The notes under the pieces: generated by a model
Databases searched by the model: none
The model's input: the letters and a program-made list of their open reading frames with translations, nothing else
What the model was told of the DNA's origin: nothing
Translations under genes and position numbers: made by a program
Assembly: GCA_964348065.1 (NCBI GenBank)
Contig: CAYGBE010000155.1
Span: 35,664 to 99,663, forward strand
Direction of reading: 5' to 3'
Length of the DNA stretch: 64,000 bases
Origin: an uncultured archaeon
GTDB taxonomy: Archaea > Aenigmatarchaeota > Aenigmatarchaeia > Aenigmatarchaeales > Aenigmatarchaeaceae
Shown here: positions 9,884 through 19,601 of the stretch, piece after piece
Layout of the letters: each line of letters opens with the position of its first letter
Position numbering within the stretch: position 1 is the stretch's first letter

Positions 9884-10395
9884 CCTATAGTCGTGTTAGT
9901 CATATTTGTAACATTGGTCATGTTAGCAGCTCCTCCTGTTACAGCTGTTGGTGGTTCAATTACTTTAGATTCTTCTTCAGATATTCTACTTTCTTCAAAG
10001 GGTTGGGCAGTTCCTTCAGTTGAAGGGATTGAAAATGTATCTGGTCTTCCAGCTGCCAAATTTGTATAATTATACATATAGTAATAAGAAAAACCAACAA
10101 TAACAACAAAAATGGTTAAACCTAAAACAATAATAAATTGAGTGGGAACCTTAGGTCTTACCAAACTTAAACCTTTTTTAGTAAGAGCATAATAAATCCA
10201 CTTATGCCCTGTTTCTTCTTTTCTAACTAATTCTGCTTTTTCTAGTTTATTCAAATGTTCAACAACAGTTGAAGGAGCTAGATGCAATTCTTTAGACAGT
10301 TCTGAGGGGGTTTTTCTTCTTTTGCCTAGACTCTTCAGTATATCTAGTCTGGTATCTGCTGATAATGCTTTTAGTGTTTTTCTATCTATCTCCAT
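9880..10395 (-). CDS. ArsR-family HTH transcription regulator with a C-terminal TM segment and Thr/Asn-rich tail
   Basis: LSADTRLDILKSL…PSELSKELHLAPSTVVEHLNKLEKAELV winged-helix signature, followed by a hydrophobic helix. Confidence 0.6.
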   Translation of the reverse strand: MEIDRKTLKALSADTRLDILKSLGKRRKTPSELSKELHLAPSTVVEHLNKLEKAELVRKEETGHKWIYYALTKKGLSLVRPKVPTQFIIVLGLTIFVVIVGFSYYYMYNYTNLAAGRPDTFSIPSTEGTAQPFEESRISEEESKVIEPPTAVTGGAANMTNVTNMTNTTIG

Positions 10396-10435
10396 ATTTT
10401 AGAATTAAATCTCAAGCCTTTATAAGTTTTCAATA

Positions 10436-10960
10436 TTATTCGGTTTCAGCCGAATCATCTTCTTTACTAACGTCTTCAAAAAATTTCTTTGCATCTTCTG
10501 GGTTTTCTAAACCAAAATAATTAGCAAATTCTTTAGTTGCAATTAGGGCTTTTGTTCTAGAATGCTTCATTGTTTTTATTAATCCTCTTTGTTCTAGCCT
10601 TTTTACATACTCATAGGTCCTATTTCCAATAACTTTAACGATTTCTGCTTGTGTAATTGGCTGCTTGTATGCCACCAAAGCTAGAACTCTTAATAATCCT
10701 CTTCCTAGATCTCTATAAGGAGTTAAAGTTTTGACGCTTGATGCTAATTCTGGCTTAACTCTTATTTGATAACCAGCAGAAGTTTCTATTACATGAACGC
10801 CATGTTCTGGTTTTCCAAATTCTTTTTTGAATTCTTCTATTATTTCCTTTATTTTTTCAGAATCAGTTTTAAACATTTTTGATAGTTTTTCTATTGGAAT
10901 CGGCTTATGGGTCATAAACAAAGCGGCTTCCACAGCTGATTTTAGCTTTTCATCTCTCAT
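10436..10960 (-). CDS. scpB: segregation and condensation protein B
   Basis: 174 aa. VEAALFMTHKPIPIEKLSKMF… tandem winged-helix pattern. Sits next to scpA and SMC. Confidence 0.7.
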   Translation of the reverse strand: MRDEKLKSAVEAALFMTHKPIPIEKLSKMFKTDSEKIKEIIEEFKKEFGKPEHGVHVIETSAGYQIRVKPELASSVKTLTPYRDLGRGLLRVLALVAYKQPITQAEIVKVIGNRTYEYVKRLEQRGLIKTMKHSRTKALIATKEFANYFGLENPEDAKKFFEDVSKEDDSAETE

Positions 10961-10977
10961 TCAATCCCATTATAATA

Positions 10978-11661
10978 TTATTTTCTTAATTTAACTAATA
11001 TTTCTTTAAATAGTTCTTCTTGATGTAAATGAATTTTTCCATCTTGAGACAAATGTAATAAAGGTATTAATGCTTCCACAATTTCTTTTTTACCCCATCT
11101 TTTTACTAGTCTAGAAAACTCGATATTATCTATATCTATTAAAGCCTCATTAATATGTGATAACAATTTATCTATTCTTTGAGTTATATCCTCTTCTGGA
11201 ACAGGAACTGCAAACTCAACAGCTCTTTTAACCCTCTTTCTTCTCTCAACCCTTCTTTCTTGGACCTGGTATGCCTTTCTTAGAGCGTTTATCAATTCAT
11301 TCAAAGTAACATTTCTTCTTGGAATTCTTTTAAGAGGTGGTTGTAATGGTGGAACAGAAGCCAAAATTCTTAGCATCTCATCAGGCTCTTTTTCTGATTC
11401 TGGAATAAAGATCTTCTGCCTTTTCTCAATTAAAATATCAGATTTCATTCTTAAAAGAATTGAAGCTATTAGAATGAATCTAGCTGGTATTCTTAGGTCT
11501 AGTTTTTCTATTTGCTTAAGATATATTAAAAATGAGTTTGAAAGTTTAATAATGTCTATAGACCAAGGGTCCATTTGCTCTTCTGCAACTATTTTTAGAA
11601 TTACGTCTTCCCAGCTTGGTTCAGTAACCATTAAATCAATTAGTTGTTGGTCTGATAGCAT
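10978..11661 (-). CDS. scpA: segregation and condensation protein A (kleisin)
   Basis: 227 aa. N-terminal kleisin motif (…DPWSIDIIKLSNSFLIYLKQ…ARFILIASILLRMKS) and C-terminal winged helix. Confidence 0.7.
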   Translation of the reverse strand: MLSDQQLIDLMVTEPSWEDVILKIVAEEQMDPWSIDIIKLSNSFLIYLKQIEKLDLRIPARFILIASILLRMKSDILIEKRQKIFIPESEKEPDEMLRILASVPPLQPPLKRIPRRNVTLNELINALRKAYQVQERRVERRKRVKRAVEFAVPVPEEDITQRIDKLLSHINEALIDIDNIEFSRLVKRWGKKEIVEALIPLLHLSQDGKIHLHQEELFKEILVKLRK

Positions 11662-11733
11662 ATGATCATCCTAAAATGATAATATAAAAAGACAAATAAA
11701 TTAATGCTTTTAATCATACAAAAAGTTTCTTCT

Positions 11734-11964
11734 TTATATATCAAGTTTTCTTCTAGCTGTTTTAATAGGAACATAAACAATTGATGAGACAATCACTCTT
11801 TCAAGAAGATTAAGATGAGGAGCTCCTAAATTCAAAAACGACATTATTACACAATCAGCAGGATCTGGCTTTAGGAAATCTTTTACTCTCTTCCCATACT
11901 CATAAACACGAGATTGATAAATATGAGACTCTAAGGAATCTCTAATTTGTCTTAATCTTTCCAT
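11734..11964 (-). CDS. hypothetical protein (76 aa)
   Basis: ORF only; no recognisable motif. Confidence 0.3.
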   Translation of the reverse strand: MERLRQIRDSLESHIYQSRVYEYGKRVKDFLKPDPADCVIMSFLNLGAPHLNLLERVIVSSIVYVPIKTARRKLDI

Positions 11965-12026
11965 ATTTAGTATTAAATAAAGTAAACCTTTAATTATTAA
12001 TGTCTTATAAATTTATCTAGAGGGTT

Positions 12027-13346
12027 ATGGTTAAACGAAGAAGAGTTATAATAATGGGAGCTCAGGGCAGAGATTATCACAATTTCAATGTTTTCTTTAG
12101 AAATAATAAAAAGTATGAAGTTGTTGCTTTCACAGTTGAACAAATCCAAATGAAAAACAAAATTTATCCTAGAGTATTAGCAGGAAGACTATATCCAAGA
12201 GGAATTCCTATTTATCCTGAAAAATCTTTGCCTAAATTGATCAAAAGATTCAATGTTGATGAAGTTGTTTTAGCATACTCAGACTTATCTCATGAAGAGG
12301 TTATGCAAAAAGCTTCTCTTGTTTTATCTTGTGGAGCTGATTTCAAGTTAATGGGACCTACAGCAACAATGTTAGAATCAAAAAAACCTGTAATAGCCAT
12401 TACAGGAGTGAGAACTGGAGCTGGAAAAAGTCCCACATCTAGAAGAATTTGCAGACAAATAAAATCAAGAGGAATTAAGTTTGTTGTTGTAAGACATCCT
12501 ATGCCTTATGGAAATCTTGAAAAAATGATAGTTCAAAGATTTTCTACTAAAACAGATTTGGATAGGCATCATTCCACAATTGAGGAAAGAGAAGAATATG
12601 AGCCCCATTTAGAAGAAGGTAATATTGTTTATGCTGGTGTTGATTTTGAAAAAATATTGAAACAGGCCGAAAAAGAGGCTGATCTAATAGTCTGGGATGG
12701 AGGAAACAATGATTTACCTTTCATTAAACCTGACCTACATATTGTGGTTGCTGATGCAAGAAGACCTGGACATGAATTATTGTTCTATCCTGGAGAAACC
12801 AATGTTAGAATGGCTGATGTTGTTATAGTCAACAAAGTTGGTACTGCTAACCAACTGCATGTTCAACAAGTTATTGAAAATATAAAATCAATAAATAAAA
12901 AAGCTGTTATAATAAAAACTGCAATGGACAGATTTGTTGATAGACCCGAATTGATAAGAGGAAAAAGAGTTTTAATTGTAGAAGATGGACCTACTCTGAC
13001 TCATGGTGGTTTAGGTTTTGGTGCTGCAACAATTGAAGCCAAAAATCTTGGTGCTTTTGTAATTAGTCCTAGGAACAAAGCTGTTGGATCAATAAAAGAT
13101 ATTTTTGCCAAGTATCCTCATTTGGGAACTGTTTTGCCTGCAATGGGTTATTCTAGAAAACAAATGGAAGAATTGCAAGAAACCATAAACAATGTGGATT
13201 GTGACAGTGTTTTAATTGGAACTCCTGTTGATTTAAGAAATCTTCTGAATATTAATAAACCAGCTGCCAGAGTTAGATACGAGATAAGGGAAATTGGAAA
13301 GCCTGATTTAGAAGATGTTTTGATAAAGTTCTTAAGAAAGATTTAA
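12027..13346 (+). CDS. COG2403-type P-loop GTPase (cyclic 2,3-diphosphoglycerate synthetase-like family)
   Basis: 439 aa with a Walker A motif ITGVRTGAGKSPTS plus NKVG/DG-type elements. Family assignment is made from memory of the fold. Confidence 0.4.
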   Translation: MVKRRRVIIMGAQGRDYHNFNVFFRNNKKYEVVAFTVEQIQMKNKIYPRVLAGRLYPRGIPIYPEKSLPKLIKRFNVDEVVLAYSDLSHEEVMQKASLVLSCGADFKLMGPTATMLESKKPVIAITGVRTGAGKSPTSRRICRQIKSRGIKFVVVRHPMPYGNLEKMIVQRFSTKTDLDRHHSTIEEREEYEPHLEEGNIVYAGVDFEKILKQAEKEADLIVWDGGNNDLPFIKPDLHIVVADARRPGHELLFYPGETNVRMADVVIVNKVGTANQLHVQQVIENIKSINKKAVIIKTAMDRFVDRPELIRGKRVLIVEDGPTLTHGGLGFGAATIEAKNLGAFVISPRNKAVGSIKDIFAKYPHLGTVLPAMGYSRKQMEELQETINNVDCDSVLIGTPVDLRNLLNINKPAARVRYEIREIGKPDLEDVLIKFLRKI

Positions 13347-13379
13347 ATAGTTTAATTTTTAATACTATTTAGTGATAAC

Positions 13380-13904
13380 ATGTCCAGTATAGCAGCTCAA
13401 TATGCGGTTGATAATGAACAGGACGAAGGTATTTGGAAGAGAGTGAGAAAAAAAGTTACAGGATTTGCTAAAGTAGTAAGAGAAGTAAGTCAGATTCCTA
13501 CATATCTTGTAAAAGATAAAGATGAGGAAAAAATTTTAGGTGGAATAAAAGAGGAAGAAAGTAGAGAAGAAGTTATTAAAGAAGCAGAACTTCCCAGCGA
13601 AACAGAGTGGCTAAAAACATCTATTATTGTTCCATATATTTCTAAGAACGGTAAAAAGAGGATAGCAAAAATTTGTGACAAACAAGAATTGGACTTAAGG
13701 TTTGACCGTATTAAAGGAGAAGAAGCTGAAAAACAATACCTTAAACCAGGAGAAATCTTTTTAGCTTCAGGTGACGGAAGAATTACTCAAATCACAATAA
13801 CAGGAGTTTCACCAGAATACTCGGGTATTGATATATTGGCTGATGTGGACACAGTACTAGGTTTTCCAACCTATAAAGCAGAAAAACCACATCCAATAAA
13901 TTAA
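13380..13904 (+). CDS. hypothetical acidic protein (174 aa)
   Basis: ORF with coherent codon usage; no motif recognised. Confidence 0.4.
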   Translation: MSSIAAQYAVDNEQDEGIWKRVRKKVTGFAKVVREVSQIPTYLVKDKDEEKILGGIKEEESREEVIKEAELPSETEWLKTSIIVPYISKNGKKRIAKICDKQELDLRFDRIKGEEAEKQYLKPGEIFLASGDGRITQITITGVSPEYSGIDILADVDTVLGFPTYKAEKPHPIN

Positions 13905-16382
13905 TTAAATAGGCATTCTAATAGCAACTAATTTAGATTCTCCTTCTTCCATGCTAACTCCATAAACAGACTCAGCCTCTTGAATTGTGGCCTCATTATG
14001 AGTAATTACAATAAATTGAGAATTAGCAGAATATTTCTTAATTAATTCAACAGTTTTCTTTGTATTGGGTTTATCTAATGCAGCATCAATTTCATCAAGA
14101 ACATAAAATGGAGCTGGACTAAACCTCTGAATAGCAAACAAGAAAGCCAGAGCAGTTAAAGTTTTTTCTCCACCAGACATTGCATCAATATTCATCATTT
14201 TTTTCCCTCTAGTACTGGCTTCTATTAACAATCCACTATCTAAACCGCCTAATAATCTTAAATCAGCTTCTCCTTTCATAAAGTCTCTAAAAACAATCTT
14301 AAACTCCTCTCTAACTCCCTCCAAAGTTTTCATAAAAACTTCTTTTCTTTTTCCCTCTATATCAGCTATTACTTCCAAAATTTTATTTCTCTCTTCAGTT
14401 AATTTATCAACTTTCTCTTTTAACTCATCGTAAACAATTTTCTGTTCTGCATACTCTTCCAAAGCCTTCATATTTATTGCTCCCAGAGTATTAATTCTAT
14501 CCATTGTTTCTCTAATCTTATTCTCTAAAGTTCTTGGAGACAATTGATAAGTTTCTGTTTTCTTATAGTTTTCGAATTCCAATTTAAGATTCTCTAATTC
14601 GGCCTCAAATCTTGCTTTTTTAATTCTTAACTTGTTTATCTGTTCTTGAAAAGTCATTTTTTCTTCAAACAATCTTTTTCTCTTATTTCTTAATGATTCG
14701 AATTTTTGTTCTAATTCTTCTCTCTGTTTTTGCATTCCTATTAGTTCTTTGCTCTCCACTTTCTCTTTTGCTGTAAGCTGTTCTAACTCTTTATTCAAAC
14801 TTATTATCTTATTTTCTGATTCCTCTATTTCTCTTTGAAGCTGAGTTTTATGAGTAGAATATTTTTCAATTTCATCTCTTTTGATAAACGCTTTTTTACG
14901 TGTATAATAACCTCCTATAACAGCTCCTGATCTCTCTACTAAATCTCCGTCTAGTGTAACAAATCTTGCATTTCCAAAACCAATTCTCTTGACTGTTGAA
15001 ATATCATCAACAATTAAAGTATCTCCAAAAACAAAAGAAAAAGCATTATAATATTCATTTTTAAATTCTATCAAATCTAAGGCTATTCCAACCACACCTT
15101 CTTTAAAAACAAATTTTTTCAATTTCTTACTATCTCTTGGTCTTATCTTATCTAAAGGAAGAAATGTTGCTCTTCCTATTTTGTTTTTCTTTAAATATCT
15201 AACACATTCTATTGCAACATCTTTATCAGAAACAACTATATCATTCAAATGGGATCCTGCTGCAACCTCAATTGCCTTTTCATGTTTTTTAGAAACCCTT
15301 GATAACGAAGCAATTGTTCCATAAACACCTGTCCAACCAAGGCTTAAAATTTCTTTAACTGCTTTACTAACAGAACCTTCCAATTCCTTTTGTTTTAAGA
15401 ATTCTAATCTCTTTATTATATCATTTATTCTTTCAATTTGGCTTTTATTCATTCCAATTTTGTCTTTATTTCTTCTGATATCAGCTTTTATTCTTTCTAC
15501 TTCTTTTATTATTGCAATATCCTTGCTTCTATCAAAGAGTCTTTTAGCAATTTTATCTTTTTTCTTTTCAATATCATCTAGTTCCTTGTCAATTTTTTCC
15601 AGTTTTTTGTCAATTTCCCCTGATTTTATTTTCTCGATTTTGTCATCAAGTCTTTTTATTGATTTCTCGGCAGCCTCTAGTTTTTCCTTTGCTAATGATG
15701 CCCTCAACTTGTCTAAATGAGCAGTTAATTTTTGATATTTTTGGGCAGCTTTTCTCTCTTCTTCTAATCTTCCTAAATTTGCTCTTTTTTCATTCAATAT
15801 TATATGAGATTCTTTAATTCGTTCTTCAACTGTTAAAAGTTCTCTTTGTGCTTTGTTTCTTTTTTCATCAAATTCCCTGATTCCTGAAATATCATCAATT
15901 ACTTCTCTTCTTTCTATTGGGCTCATTTCTATTACTTCTGTTACATCTCCTTGTAAGATTATGTTATGACCACCTGGCTTAATCAGTGCAGGTCTTAAGA
16001 TTTCTTGAATTGTTTCTCTTGTTACTGTTCTTCCATTGAGCTTGTAAATAGAAATTCCTTTTTTATTTATTCTTCTAGAAATGAATATTTTGTCCTCTTC
16101 AAATGGAAATATCTTTGCAGAGTTATCAAACCATAAGGTGATTTTTGCGAAATCTGATGCTGGTCTTCTTTTAGTTCCATGGAATATCATTTCTAGCATT
16201 CTGTCTGCTCTTAAACTTTTTGCAGAAGTTCTGCCCAAAACAAAACATATAGCATCTAGAATGTTTGACTTCCCAGAACCGTTTGGACCACAAACTACAG
16301 AAAAATTACTAGGAAAAGTTAATAAAGTCTTCTTAGCAAAAGACTTAAAACCCTGTAATTCAATTTTTTCTATTCTTGTCAT
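13905..16382 (-). CDS. smc: SMC chromosome segregation ATPase with shortened coiled-coil arms
   Basis: Walker A GPNGSGKSN, central hinge (GVYGTIASL…GRATFLPLD), signature LSGGEKTLTALAFLFAIQ, Walker B YVLDEIDAALD. Only 825 aa, against roughly 1150-1200 for typical SMC. Confidence 0.85.
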   Translation of the reverse strand: MTRIEKIELQGFKSFAKKTLLTFPSNFSVVCGPNGSGKSNILDAICFVLGRTSAKSLRADRMLEMIFHGTKRRPASDFAKITLWFDNSAKIFPFEEDKIFISRRINKKGISIYKLNGRTVTRETIQEILRPALIKPGGHNIILQGDVTEVIEMSPIERREVIDDISGIREFDEKRNKAQRELLTVEERIKESHIILNEKRANLGRLEEERKAAQKYQKLTAHLDKLRASLAKEKLEAAEKSIKRLDDKIEKIKSGEIDKKLEKIDKELDDIEKKKDKIAKRLFDRSKDIAIIKEVERIKADIRRNKDKIGMNKSQIERINDIIKRLEFLKQKELEGSVSKAVKEILSLGWTGVYGTIASLSRVSKKHEKAIEVAAGSHLNDIVVSDKDVAIECVRYLKKNKIGRATFLPLDKIRPRDSKKLKKFVFKEGVVGIALDLIEFKNEYYNAFSFVFGDTLIVDDISTVKRIGFGNARFVTLDGDLVERSGAVIGGYYTRKKAFIKRDEIEKYSTHKTQLQREIEESENKIISLNKELEQLTAKEKVESKELIGMQKQREELEQKFESLRNKRKRLFEEKMTFQEQINKLRIKKARFEAELENLKLEFENYKKTETYQLSPRTLENKIRETMDRINTLGAINMKALEEYAEQKIVYDELKEKVDKLTEERNKILEVIADIEGKRKEVFMKTLEGVREEFKIVFRDFMKGEADLRLLGGLDSGLLIEASTRGKKMMNIDAMSGGEKTLTALAFLFAIQRFSPAPFYVLDEIDAALDKPNTKKTVELIKKYSANSQFIVITHNEATIQEAESVYGVSMEEGESKLVAIRMPI

Positions 16383-16419
16383 TCTCCCACTAGAATAATT
16401 TATTATTTATAATAGAAAA

Positions 16420-17082
16420 TTGTTATGTAATAATAAAAAGATTTATATGAAAATAAATTCATTTGGTAAAACAGAGAAGGGAGAAGACCATTTAGAAAAT
16501 GAGGATGCTATTCTTATCGATGATAAGCTAAGGCTCTATGCTGTTGCAGATGGGGTTACCTTACCCTATGGAGGAAAAGAGGCTGCTCAAAGAGCAGTTA
16601 AATACCTAAAATCTTGTTTTAGGAGTAATTTAAAAAAAGCTATTGAAATTGTTAATAAAAAAATCTTTAATGAAAAAAAGGAAAATTCAGAAATTGGTCA
16701 TACAACTCTCACTTCTGTTCTTATTAAAGAAAAAATTGTGGAAATTGGTCATGTTGGAGATTCTTATGCTTTAATTATTAGAAAAAATAAGATAAAGGAA
16801 CTAACAATACCAGACGGTGTTAGAGGAACTAGTATATTATTACAAGCAGTTGGTCAACCACAAATTGATGTTCATATCTATAAAGAAAATCTACAAAAAG
16901 ATGATTATATAATACTTTCTTCAGATGGTGTGACAGATGTTTTGAAAAATAAAGAGATTTTGAATGCTGTTAAAAAATTTAAAAAACCCAAAGACATTGT
17001 GAATTCTTTGATTAAAAAAACAAAGGACAAACCAAGAATTTATAGAGATGATTTAAGTTTAATTGTTATTCTTGTTCAATGA
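16420..17082 (+). CDS. PP2C-family Ser/Thr protein phosphatase
   Basis: LENEDAIL…LYAVADGVTLPYGGKEAAQ, and a C-terminal DG/DD metal-ligand pattern (SSDGVTD). Confidence 0.6.
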   Translation: MLCNNKKIYMKINSFGKTEKGEDHLENEDAILIDDKLRLYAVADGVTLPYGGKEAAQRAVKYLKSCFRSNLKKAIEIVNKKIFNEKKENSEIGHTTLTSVLIKEKIVEIGHVGDSYALIIRKNKIKELTIPDGVRGTSILLQAVGQPQIDVHIYKENLQKDDYIILSSDGVTDVLKNKEILNAVKKFKKPKDIVNSLIKKTKDKPRIYRDDLSLIVILVQ

Positions 17083-17928
17083 TTCCCCTTTTTGAGAATC
17101 AGAAAGATTTACATGTGTTGCTACATGTTCAAAACCTAAGCTTTTTGCAACTCTTATTGAGGGTTCATTGCCTTCAACTATATACATAAGTGGAACCATA
17201 CCATGTTCTAATGAATATTCAACCATTGTAGAAGAAACAGATTTTTGCATTCCTTTTCCTCTAAGTTCTTCTTCTGTATTAGCAAAAGCAAGAAAAATAT
17301 AACCATGTTTAAAAATGGAACCAGGTGGCATTCTTAAAAAAGATCCAATATAAGATGATAGTTTTTCTTCTCCTTTTATTCCAAAGAATGGATTTTCTGT
17401 CATTCTTTCTTTTATAAATCTATCATCATCTGAATACTTCCAGTTTCTTGTTATTTGTCTAATGTATTCTGGTTCTGGAGTTAATTTTTCAACTTTATGT
17501 TCCGAGTTTTTAACAGTCTTAAAATTTTCTTTATCGGTCAATGTAAAAAGCAGGAAATTTTCTTTTTTCTTATGTGGAAATCTTTTTTCTACAACATGAG
17601 AAAATTCTGGTTTTACAAAAAAAGTATAACCTAAAAATTCTCCCTTATCTTCTTCCTCCTCATCTCCTAATAGGTCCAAAAGTTTTCCGACCTCTTCTTC
17701 TGATTCAGCCACTACAAAAGCATCGCGGATCCTCTTTCCTTTAACCTTAAAACCTTTCCAAAGTACTAAAACATTTTTATAATTGCCTTTCTCAACATTT
17801 TCTCCATTAATATAAACTTCTACATTATTTGATTTTTCAAGTGTTAAATCGACTAGAGGTAAGAAATTTTCTACTGGGTTCTTTTTTAATTCTTCTACTA
17901 TCTTACTGCAAATATTGGTTTCAGTCAT
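17059..17928 (-). CDS. GNAT-fold acetyltransferase-domain protein
   Basis: C-terminal RGKGMQKS…PLMYIVEGNEPSIRVAKSLGF resembles GNAT motifs A/B. N-terminal domain unknown. Confidence 0.45.
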   Translation of the reverse strand: MTETNICSKIVEELKKNPVENFLPLVDLTLEKSNNVEVYINGENVEKGNYKNVLVLWKGFKVKGKRIRDAFVVAESEEEVGKLLDLLGDEEEEDKGEFLGYTFFVKPEFSHVVEKRFPHKKKENFLLFTLTDKENFKTVKNSEHKVEKLTPEPEYIRQITRNWKYSDDDRFIKERMTENPFFGIKGEEKLSSYIGSFLRMPPGSIFKHGYIFLAFANTEEELRGKGMQKSVSSTMVEYSLEHGMVPLMYIVEGNEPSIRVAKSLGFEHVATHVNLSDSQKGESLNKNNN

Positions 17929-17953
17929 AGAAAAAATTAAATCCTAAAAGGAT

Positions 17954-19114
17954 TTATAGTAGATGTTTGGCTAGTTTTATTAACTTAGGTTTTCTCATCA
18001 AAACCTTTGCAAAAACAGATAATTTTGAGCCTCTAGCAAATTCTATAACATCTTCTGGTTTTAATAAATTTATCAAATCATCCAAATCTTTATCAGAAAG
18101 TTTTTCAACAACTTCTCTTAATTTCTCGATCTTTCTCATTTTCTCTCCTCTTTTTTCCCACCATAGCTCATTGAATTTTGACAAGGCTTTTTTAGAGACA
18201 TCTCCTTTTTTCAAACATTCAGAAATAACTTGTGCTGCCAATTGACCTGAAATTATAGATTCTTTTATTCCACCACCATGTATAGGATTAACATGATGAG
18301 CAGCTTCTCCACAAACCAAAAACCCATTATCAACCATATTCTTTTCCATTCCACCAACAGGAACACAACCAGCATTAACTTCTATTATTGAACCTTTTTT
18401 AATTTCAGGGCGCGAATTAATGAATTTCTCTAAATAAAATTTTGGGGTTTTTTCACCAGGTATTATTCCAAGTCCTACATTAGCTTTATTCTTTCCCTTA
18501 GGAAATATCCAAGCATAACCTCTAGGAGCTATTTCAAAACCTAAATAAATATGAATAAAATCTGGATCAGAATCTATTCCAGACATTTCATATTGCAAAC
18601 AAGAATCAATTAGATTTGGTTTAGAGAAAATATTCAATGCCTGTTTTCTTAAAGGAGATTCTGCACCAGTTGCACAAACAACCATTTTTGCTCTTTCATC
18701 AAAATCTTCTTCTAGAAATTGTCCTTTAACACCAACAAAATAATCATCTTTCTTAATTAAACCTGAAACAAATGAATTTGCTTGTATTACTGCACCAGCT
18801 TTTACAGCCTGTTCTGCTAGCCATTTGTCAAAAACCTTTCTATTAAGAACAATTCCTCCATAATCTAGAACAGCCTCAAGATATTTTCCGTTTGGAGCAT
18901 AAATTCTAGCACCTTTAACCTTTTGGTCAATGCATTTTTCTGGAATTTTGCCTATCAAATCTTGTGTAGACTCGCTTAAACCCTCCCCACACCTTTTGGG
19001 AGAGCCTATTTCTTGTCTTCTATCATAAATTTTAACAGAAAATCCATTTTCTGCTAATTTTTTTGCACAAGCAGTTCCTGCTGGACCTGCTCCTATTATT
19101 ATTATATCAGTCAT
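17954..19114 (-). CDS. geranylgeranyl reductase (digeranylgeranylglycerophospholipid reductase family)
   Basis: FAD-binding IIIIGAGPAGTACAKKLAENG…YDRR…PKRCGEGLS plus a conserved C-terminal helical domain. Confidence 0.8.
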   Translation of the reverse strand: MTDIIIIGAGPAGTACAKKLAENGFSVKIYDRRQEIGSPKRCGEGLSESTQDLIGKIPEKCIDQKVKGARIYAPNGKYLEAVLDYGGIVLNRKVFDKWLAEQAVKAGAVIQANSFVSGLIKKDDYFVGVKGQFLEEDFDERAKMVVCATGAESPLRKQALNIFSKPNLIDSCLQYEMSGIDSDPDFIHIYLGFEIAPRGYAWIFPKGKNKANVGLGIIPGEKTPKFYLEKFINSRPEIKKGSIIEVNAGCVPVGGMEKNMVDNGFLVCGEAAHHVNPIHGGGIKESIISGQLAAQVISECLKKGDVSKKALSKFNELWWEKRGEKMRKIEKLREVVEKLSDKDLDDLINLLKPEDVIEFARGSKLSVFAKVLMRKPKLIKLAKHLL

Positions 19115-19379
19115 TTTTTCGCCTCTTCTTGAGAATCAATATTACTACATCATAAACTACTATTATTAAACATGAAATGACATAACTCACTATAAAAAAA
19201 TATAAGAGGAAAAATGCAACAGGATTTAGCTCTCCAAAATATTCTGAAAACAATGTTAGATATAAATCATAAGGAACTATTTCATGCTTAAAAACAAAAA
19301 AAATCATTAAAAAAAGTAGAGTGAATGTTAAACTCATAAAAATTTTTCTGCCATCATAAAAAAATTCTAATAAACTCAT
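19107..19379 (-). CDS. small membrane protein (about 91 aa) between the ferredoxin and GGR genes
   Basis: Two TM helices. Its ATG overlaps the ferredoxin TGA as ATGA. The track gives a longer 19107-19409 version using an upstream in-frame ATG. Confidence 0.4.
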   Translation of the reverse strand: MSLLEFFYDGRKIFMSLTFTLLFLMIFFVFKHEIVPYDLYLTLFSEYFGELNPVAFFLLYFFIVSYVISCLIIVVYDVVILILKKRRKND

Positions 19380-19549
19380 TTTTTCACCTTTATTGCTTTT
19401 ACAGGGCAAACCTTTTCACAAATACCACATAAATTACATAATTTTTCATCAAAAATTATATGCTGTTTTAGTTCTAGGGCCCCAAATGGGCAAACACAAA
19501 CACAACCCCCACATCGCATGCACTTTTTATTATTAATAGACCATACCAT
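19376..19549 (-). CDS. 2x[4Fe-4S] ferredoxin (57 aa)
   Basis: Hand-translated: MVWSINNKKCMRCGGCVCVCPFGA…CNLCGICEKVCPV. Two CxxCxxCxxxCP motifs. Missed by the track because it is under 60 aa. Confidence 0.6.
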   Translation of the reverse strand: MVWSINNKKCMRCGGCVCVCPFGALELKQHIIFDEKLCNLCGICEKVCPVKAIKVKK

Positions 19550-19601
19550 GTTATCAATTTAATCGGCTGTATATATAAAACAGTGAAAAAATATAATTTA
19601 T

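Noticed and set aside
15460-16398. Track ORFs 15460-15720(+) and 16081-16398(+) lying antisense inside the SMC gene
   Set aside because: Low-complexity Ser/Leu/Phe-rich translations, fully embedded antisense to a well-supported gene. Typical AT-rich shadow ORFs.
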